Part shown: positions 58,061-64,000 of the stretch, one piece after another | Layout: every line of letters starts with the position of its first letter | How positions within the stretch are numbered: the stretch's first letter is position 1 | The notes under the pieces: model-generated | Databases searched by the model: none | The model's input: the letters and a program-made list of their open reading frames with translations, nothing else | Told to the model about the DNA's origin: nothing | Position numbers and translations under genes: made by a program | Assembly: GCA_965207225.1 (NCBI GenBank) | Contig: CBDBLV010000005.1 | Location: 928,001 to 992,000 of the forward strand | Source of the DNA: Dehalococcoidia bacterium | Lineage (GTDB): Bacteria > Chloroflexota > Dehalococcoidia > Plut-88900 | Direction of reading: 5' to 3' | DNA: 64,000 nucleotides

Positions 58061-58402
58061 TTATTCCTCCTCGTCCTGGTCCACTACCACGGTAAGGTGG
58101 CTGGTTCGCTTGATTATTGGGGCGGCCCTGCCCCGGGGCTTGGCCTTGAACCTCTTCATCCTGGGCCCTTCGTCTGCGACTATCTTGACTATTCGGAGCT
58201 CGTCCCTGGTCATTTCGTAGTTGTTTTCGGCGTTGGCCACGGCAGATTCCACGGCTTTCCTGACCATACGGGCCATGGGAATCGGCGTGAACCTCAGGCT
58301 GGAAATGGCATCCTCCACCTTCATCCCCCGCACCGTGTCGATCAGGTTGCGGAGGTTTTTGGGTGATACGCCAACGGTTTTGACCCGGGCCTGGACTTCC
58401 AA
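58061..58402 (-). CDS. rplV: 50S ribosomal protein L22
   Basis: SAVANAENN, KRTSHLTVVV. Confidence 0.97.
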   Translation of the reverse strand: MEVQARVKTVGVSPKNLRNLIDTVRGMKVEDAISSLRFTPIPMARMVRKAVESAVANAENNYEMTRDELRIVKIVADEGPRMKRFKAKPRGRAAPIIKRTSHLTVVVDQDEEE

Positions 58403-58419
58403 GTTACTACTCTCTCCCT

Positions 58420-58701
58420 TTACCTTCTGCCAGACTGTTCCGTGCGGCCCATGTGTCCCCTGAACCGCCGGGTCGGGGCGAACTCCCCGAGCTTGTGCCC
58501 GACCATGTTCTCGGTAACAAAAATGGGCATGTGCCTCTGGCCGTCATGGACGGCAATGGTCTGTCCGACCATCTCCGGCACCACCATGGAGGCCCGAGAC
58601 CACGTCTTGATAATTATCTTGTTGTTGGACCCCATGGCCGCTTCCACCTTCTTCATCAGCTTGGCGTCGACGAAGGGGCCCTTCTTGATCGATCTCGACA
58701 T
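58420..58701 (-). CDS. rpsS: 30S ribosomal protein S19
   Basis: [23 protein letters not shown]. Confidence 0.97.
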   Translation of the reverse strand: MSRSIKKGPFVDAKLMKKVEAAMGSNNKIIIKTWSRASMVVPEMVGQTIAVHDGQRHMPIFVTENMVGHKLGEFAPTRRFRGHMGRTEQSGRR

Positions 58702-58703
58702 CT

Positions 58704-59528
58704 CTACTTCCGCCTCCTCACGATCATGTTGTCGGACTTCTTGTTTCGCCGGGTGCGGTAGCCCATGGCCGGCTTGCCCCACGGGGTCTTGGGCCCGGGC
58801 ATGCCCACGGGAGAGCGGCCTTCACCGCCGCCGTGCGGGTGATCACGAGGCGTCATGGCCGAGCCCCGGACGGAGGGCCTCTTGCCCTTCCAGCGGTTCC
58901 GGCCCGCCTTGCCCAGTTTGATGTTCTTCTGGTCGGGGTTGCCCACCTGGCCGATGGTGGCCCGGCACTCGCTCTCGACTCTTCTCAGCTCACCCGAGGG
59001 GAGTCTGAGCAGGCTATAAATGCCGTCCTTTGCCAGTAACTGGGCCGCCGTACCGCTGCCGCGTACGAGCTGCCCGCCCTTGCCGGGTCGGAGCTCGATG
59101 TTGTGGATGGTTGTGCCGGTGGGTATGACCCGCAGGGGAAGGGCATTGCCGACCTTGATGGGTGCGTCGGGGCCGGCGGTTATCTCCATCCCGACCTGAA
59201 GGTTCCAGGGGGCGAGGATGTAGCGCTTGTCGCCGTCGGCGTAATGGATGAGGGCGATGCGTGCGGTGCGGTTCGGGTCGTATTCCACGGAAGCGACCTT
59301 GCCGGGCACACCGGTCTTGTCTCTCTTGAAGTCGATAACCCGGAGTCGACGCTTGGCTCCACCACCTCGACGCCGCACGGTGATTTTGCCGCGTACGTTG
59401 CGGCCTGCCTTCTTCTTGAGGGGCTTCAGCAGGGCCTTTTGGGGTTTGCTCCGCGTGATCTCCTCGAAAGAGGAGCCGGTGGCATTCCTCCGTCCGGGAG
59501 AGGTTGGTTTATATACCTTCAGGGCCAT
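58704..59528 (-). CDS. rplB: 50S ribosomal protein L2
   Basis: [15 protein letters not shown]. Confidence 0.97.
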   Translation of the reverse strand: MALKVYKPTSPGRRNATGSSFEEITRSKPQKALLKPLKKKAGRNVRGKITVRRRGGGAKRRLRVIDFKRDKTGVPGKVASVEYDPNRTARIALIHYADGDKRYILAPWNLQVGMEITAGPDAPIKVGNALPLRVIPTGTTIHNIELRPGKGGQLVRGSGTAAQLLAKDGIYSLLRLPSGELRRVESECRATIGQVGNPDQKNIKLGKAGRNRWKGKRPSVRGSAMTPRDHPHGGGEGRSPVGMPGPKTPWGKPAMGYRTRRNKKSDNMIVRRRK

Positions 59529-59560
59529 TGAATACTTCCTTGGCGGTAAGACTTTCGGTC

Positions 59561-59845
59561 CTACACTCCTTCAAATAGCTCGATCCTGTCGCCCGGCTTC
59601 AAGGTGACTATCGCTTTCTTCCAGGGTGAGGTCTGTATCCTTCTCCGACCTCGGAACTTGGTCTTGCCGGGCACCGTCATGGTGTTGACTGCCGTGACGG
59701 TAACGTCGAAAGCCTTCTCGACCGCGGCCTTTATCTGCACCTTGTTGGAGTTGGGCATCACTTCGAAGGCGTACTTGTCGCTTTCGTGGAGGATGGTGCT
59801 CTTCTCCGTCACTATGGGTCTCTTGAGGACTTGCAGCAGTTCCAC
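59561..59845 (-). CDS. rplW: 50S ribosomal protein L23
   Basis: [15 protein letters not shown]. Confidence 0.97.
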   Translation of the reverse strand: MELLQVLKRPIVTEKSTILHESDKYAFEVMPNSNKVQIKAAVEKAFDVTVTAVNTMTVPGKTKFRGRRRIQTSPWKKAIVTLKPGDRIELFEGV

Positions 59846-59848
59846 GGT

Positions 59849-60622
59849 CTAGTCTTCCTTGGCCTCGGGTTCAGGCGTTGGGTCCGGCTCCGGGGTCTTC
59901 GCTTTAGCAGCCGGGGCCGCCTTTTTGGCCCGAGGCTTTCTCTTGGCGGGGGCCTTCTTGGGAGCGGGGTCTTCTTCTACTATCCGACCCCCAGGCGCCC
60001 ACAGGTCCTCGGCCGTCCTTACGGCTTCCAACTCGATCACGAGGTGCTCGTGGGCCAAAACATCGTATACGTTGAGGTAGCGGGCGGGCAGCGTCTTGAC
60101 CCGCTCCAGGTTGCCCGCCGACTTAATGAGGGCTTCCTGGGGCTCTGGTGTGACAAGCAGGACTGACTTGTTGGCCTGAAGCGCGGCCAGAACACGCAGC
60201 ATTTCCTTGGTTTTGGGCTGATCGAATCCCAGATCATCGACTATGGCCATGCGGCCGTCGGCGACCTTGGCTGAGAGGGCGCCGCGGATGGCGAGGCGTC
60301 GCATCTTCTTTGGCATGCGCTGGGCGTAGCTCCGGGGCTGAGGCCCGAAAGCCACCCCACCGCCCCGCCGCAGCGGAGAGCGGATGCTGCCGCCCCTGGC
60401 CCGACCCGTCCCCTTCTGGGGAAAGAGCTTGCGGGTGCTTCCCCTGACTTCGGACCGGGTCTTTACCGAGGCCCCACCCTTCCTGGCGTTGGCCTGCTGC
60501 CGCACGACCGCCTGGTGGAGTAACCCCTTGAGCTTCGTGGATATGGGCAGGGCAAAGAGGCCGTCGCTAAGTTCGACGTCTCTGAGCACTTCTCCCGACC
60601 TGTTTTTCAGTTGCGCTTTCAT
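59849..60622 (-). CDS. rplD: 50S ribosomal protein L4 with K/A/P-rich C-terminal tail
   Basis: QKGTGRAR, GGGVAFGP. Confidence 0.96.
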   Translation of the reverse strand: MKAQLKNRSGEVLRDVELSDGLFALPISTKLKGLLHQAVVRQQANARKGGASVKTRSEVRGSTRKLFPQKGTGRARGGSIRSPLRRGGGVAFGPQPRSYAQRMPKKMRRLAIRGALSAKVADGRMAIVDDLGFDQPKTKEMLRVLAALQANKSVLLVTPEPQEALIKSAGNLERVKTLPARYLNVYDVLAHEHLVIELEAVRTAEDLWAPGGRIVEEDPAPKKAPAKRKPRAKKAAPAAKAKTPEPDPTPEPEAKED

Positions 60623-61254
60623 AGAGTGGATCTTGTCTGACGTCCGCGTTTCCTGATTAATACCAGGCTGTTCTGGGGCCCGGGCACTGTGCCTTTAAGC
60701 AGGATGAGATTGCGCTCGGGCATCGACTCCAATACGGTCAGGTTTTGGGACGTAACGCGCTCGTCGCCCATATGACCGGCCATGCGGAATCCCTTGGTAA
60801 CCCGGCCGGGCGTGGTGCCTGCGCCGACGGAGCCCGGTGCCCGGTGCCTGTCCGACTGACCGTGAGTCTTGGGTCCGCCGCCGAAGTTGTGGCGTTTAAC
60901 CACGCCCGCGAATCCTTTGCCCTTGGACTTGCCGATTACGTCCACCTTTTCGCCGGCTTCGAAGATGCTGACGTCAATCCGGGCGCCCTCTTCGATGGCG
61001 GAGAAGTCTGGGCTGCCGACTTCACGCAAGTGTCGGAATTCGCCGTGTTCCTTGAGATGGCCCCGCTTCGGCTTGCTCAGCCGCTTCGGCTTGTCGAAGC
61101 CTATCTGCACGGCCTGGTAGCCGTCCCTCTCGGAAGTCTTGACTTGAACGACGGTACAGGGGCCAGCCTGGACTACCGTCACCGCATGAAGGGTGCCGTC
61201 TTCACTAAAACGCTGGGTCATGCCCAGCTTTTTTCCTAACAGTCCGTCAATCAT
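60619..61254 (-). CDS. rplC: 50S ribosomal protein L3
   Basis: GKKLGMTQ, SKGKGFAG, MAGHMG. Confidence 0.97.
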   Translation of the reverse strand: MIDGLLGKKLGMTQRFSEDGTLHAVTVVQAGPCTVVQVKTSERDGYQAVQIGFDKPKRLSKPKRGHLKEHGEFRHLREVGSPDFSAIEEGARIDVSIFEAGEKVDVIGKSKGKGFAGVVKRHNFGGGPKTHGQSDRHRAPGSVGAGTTPGRVTKGFRMAGHMGDERVTSQNLTVLESMPERNLILLKGTVPGPQNSLVLIRKRGRQTRSTL

Positions 61255-61272
61255 GAGTAAGAATATTGCTGA

Positions 61273-61581
61273 TTACAGTTTTATCTCGATTTCGACGCCG
61301 CCAGGCAGGTTGAGGAGGGTGAGGGCGTCGATGGTCTTATTAGTCGGGTCAAGGACCTCGATGATGCGCTTGTGGGTGCGGATTTCGAACTGCTCCCGAG
61401 AATCCTTGAAGGTGTTGGAAGAGCGGGTCACGCAGAACTTCTTGATCTTGGTGGGCAGGGGGATCGGGCCTACGACGCCCGCGCCCGTCCGCTCGGCGGC
61501 ATCCACGATCTGCTCGGCCGATTGGTCGAGGATCTTGTGGTCGTAGGCATTTAGCCTTATTCGCATTTTCTGCTTGGCCAT
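61273..61581 (-). CDS. rpsJ: 30S ribosomal protein S10
   Basis: [19 protein letters not shown]. Confidence 0.97.
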   Translation of the reverse strand: MAKQKMRIRLNAYDHKILDQSAEQIVDAAERTGAGVVGPIPLPTKIKKFCVTRSSNTFKDSREQFEIRTHKRIIEVLDPTNKTIDALTLLNLPGGVEIEIKL

Positions 61582-61597
61582 GTTTGTCTCCCACCGA

Positions 61598-63721
61598 CTA
61601 CAGGCCGGTGTATTTCCCTCGAGTAGCGACTTGCTCCGCAATCTTCTCCGGGGCCCGGTCATAGTGAGCGAATTCCATGGAGTGGACGGCCCGACCTTGG
61701 CTCAGGGAGCGGATGTGGGTCGCGTACCCGAAGCACTCCGATAGAGGGACAAGGGCCTGTACGGTCTGTGTCCCACCGAGGCCGGTGATGCCGCTGATGT
61801 TGCCGCGACGCCCGTTGATGTCACCCAGGATGTCACCCAGGAACTCGCCGGGGGTGTTTATCTCCAGCTTCATGATGGGTTCAAGGATGGCGGGGCGGCA
61901 CTTGCGCACGCCTTCCCTGAGGGCCATTGACCCGGCAATCTGGAACGCCATGTCCGAAGAGTCGACGGGGTGGAAGCTGCCGTCCACGAGGGTCGCCTTG
62001 ATGTCGACGACCGGGTAGCCCGCGAGGACTCCGGTGGACATCGCTTCCTTGATTCCCTTCTCCACGGAGGGGATGTATTCGCTGGGGATGTCTCCGCCGC
62101 GTATCTGGTTAACGAACTGGAACCCCTGGCCTGCTTCCAGGGGCTCCAAGTCGATCACTACGTGGGCAAACTGGCCGTGACCGCCGGTCTGCTTTACAAG
62201 CCGCCCGACAGCCCTGCCGGAAGACGTTATAGTCTCCCGATAGGCCACCTGCGGCTTGCCCATCCTGACGTCCACGTTCTGCTCACGTCGGATCCGTTCA
62301 ACCGTAACCTCCAGGTGCATTTCACCCATACCCTGGATGACCGTCTGTCCGGTCTCATCGTCGTGGTTGAGTTGGAGGGTCGGGTCTTCATCTGCCATCT
62401 TGACCAGGGCATCGTTGAGGCGGTCCTGGTCGATCTTGGAGCGGGGTTCAACGGCTACGGATATCACGGGGTCCGGGAAGGTTATGGATTCGAGAAGGAT
62501 CGGGGCGTTGACTTCACATACGGTGTTGCCGGTGTAGGTGTTCTTGAGGCCGATGGCGGCGACAATGTCTCCGGCTACGGCTTCCGAGACTTCCTCACGG
62601 TGATTGGCGTGCATTTTAAGCAGCCGCCCGATCCGCTCCCGGTTGGACCTGCTGGAGTTGTAAACCGTAGCTCCGCTCTTCACCTTCCCCGAATAGATCC
62701 GGCAGTAGACCAGGCGCCCCACGTAGGGGTCGGTGACCACCTTGAAGGCCAGGGCGGAGAAGGGGGCGCTCTTGGAAGTCTCCCTCAGGGACTTTTCGCC
62801 GGTCTTGGCAGAGGTCACTTCGACCGGCGGCACGTCCAGGGGAGAGGGTAGATAGTCCAGCACTGCGTCGAGCATGAGCTGGATGCCCTTGTTCTTCAGG
62901 GCGGCGCCGCACATTACGGGGACCAGCTTGTTGTCAATCGTTGCTTGGCGGATGCCGGCCTTGAGCTCTTCTTCGGTAATTTCCTGACCCTCGATGTACT
63001 TGGCGAGGAGGTCGTCGTTGGTCTCCGAGACTTTCTCCATGAGGGAGTCACGGTATTTGTCGGCCAACTCCCGGTACTTGTCAGGGATGTTGACCCGCAC
63101 GGGCCCCTGCTCTCCATCCTGGGGATAGACGAAGGCCGTGTTCTGTACCAGGTCGATTAGGCCCTCGAATGCGTCTTCGCTGCCCATGGGCAGTTGGATA
63201 GGGACGGGATTTCCCTCCAGCCTGTCGACGATCATGTCGATGGTGCGGAAGAAATTAGCCCCGACTCTGTCCATCTTGTTGACGAAGCAGATCCGGGGCA
63301 CGGAATACTTGTTGGCTTGCCGCCATACCGTCTCCGACTGGGGCTCGACGCCTGCAACGCCGTCAAAAACAACAACGCCTCCGTCAAGAACTCGGAGGCT
63401 TCGCTCCACCTCGGCGGTGAAGTCCACGTGGCCGGGGGTGTCGATAATGTTGACCAGATAGTCTTTCCAATAAGCGGTTGTGGCCGCCGCCGTGATGGTG
63501 ATGCCACGTTCCCGTTCCTGGTCCATCCAGTCCATCACTGCGGTGCCTTCATGCACCTCGCCCATCTTGTAGATGCGGCCGGTGTAGAACAGCACCCTTT
63601 CGGTCACCGTTGTCTTGCCGGCGTCGATGTGGGCTATGAACCCGATGTTCCTGACCTTCTCCAGTGACGGAGTGGGTCGGGACTCGGGGTCACCGCGCTT
63701 TATAGTTTGTGTCTGCGACAT
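61598..63721 (-). CDS. fusA: Elongation factor G
   Basis: [30 protein letters not shown]. Confidence 0.97.
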   Translation of the reverse strand: MSQTQTIKRGDPESRPTPSLEKVRNIGFIAHIDAGKTTVTERVLFYTGRIYKMGEVHEGTAVMDWMDQERERGITITAAATTAYWKDYLVNIIDTPGHVDFTAEVERSLRVLDGGVVVFDGVAGVEPQSETVWRQANKYSVPRICFVNKMDRVGANFFRTIDMIVDRLEGNPVPIQLPMGSEDAFEGLIDLVQNTAFVYPQDGEQGPVRVNIPDKYRELADKYRDSLMEKVSETNDDLLAKYIEGQEITEEELKAGIRQATIDNKLVPVMCGAALKNKGIQLMLDAVLDYLPSPLDVPPVEVTSAKTGEKSLRETSKSAPFSALAFKVVTDPYVGRLVYCRIYSGKVKSGATVYNSSRSNRERIGRLLKMHANHREEVSEAVAGDIVAAIGLKNTYTGNTVCEVNAPILLESITFPDPVISVAVEPRSKIDQDRLNDALVKMADEDPTLQLNHDDETGQTVIQGMGEMHLEVTVERIRREQNVDVRMGKPQVAYRETITSSGRAVGRLVKQTGGHGQFAHVVIDLEPLEAGQGFQFVNQIRGGDIPSEYIPSVEKGIKEAMSTGVLAGYPVVDIKATLVDGSFHPVDSSDMAFQIAGSMALREGVRKCRPAILEPIMKLEINTPGEFLGDILGDINGRRGNISGITGLGGTQTVQALVPLSECFGYATHIRSLSQGRAVHSMEFAHYDRAPEKIAEQVATRGKYTGL

Positions 63722-63733
63722 TCTTAATCTTCT

Positions 63734-64000
<267 letters not shown>

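Overview
High-GC chromosomal window, most likely from a Dehalococcoidia-class Chloroflexota (SAR202-like) bacterium. This is inferred from the rpsG-fusA-rpsJ order with no tuf, the mtnA-mtnP-ahcY-metK-pgm-pgi/pmi block beside rpsI, and many LLM/FDOR, CoA-transferase III, SDR and amidohydrolase paralogs. Right part (32.6-64 kb) is core: prfA-prmC, methionine/SAM recycling, and the str(partial)-S10-spc-alpha-truA-rplM-rpsI superoperon on the minus strand. Left part (1-32.6 kb) is accessory catabolism plus several under-characterised modules: (i) dense, nested, all co-oriented palindromic REP-like repeats that bracket, and are translated inside, an orphan ORF with a sigma70 promoter overlapped by LexA-like boxes; (ii) a candidate copper/metal-handling operon with an unannotated Zn-ribbon microprotein; (iii) a low-GC divergent UDG-superfamily orphan; (iv) a DUF5678-like/retropepsin pair; (v) three tandem CE4 deacetylase paralogs; (vi) a VapC toxin with two antitoxin paralogs; (vii) a switch-like leader before ahcY. 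I found no rRNA, tRNA, CRISPR array, integrase or transposase. All family calls come from motif recognition by eye, not database searches.
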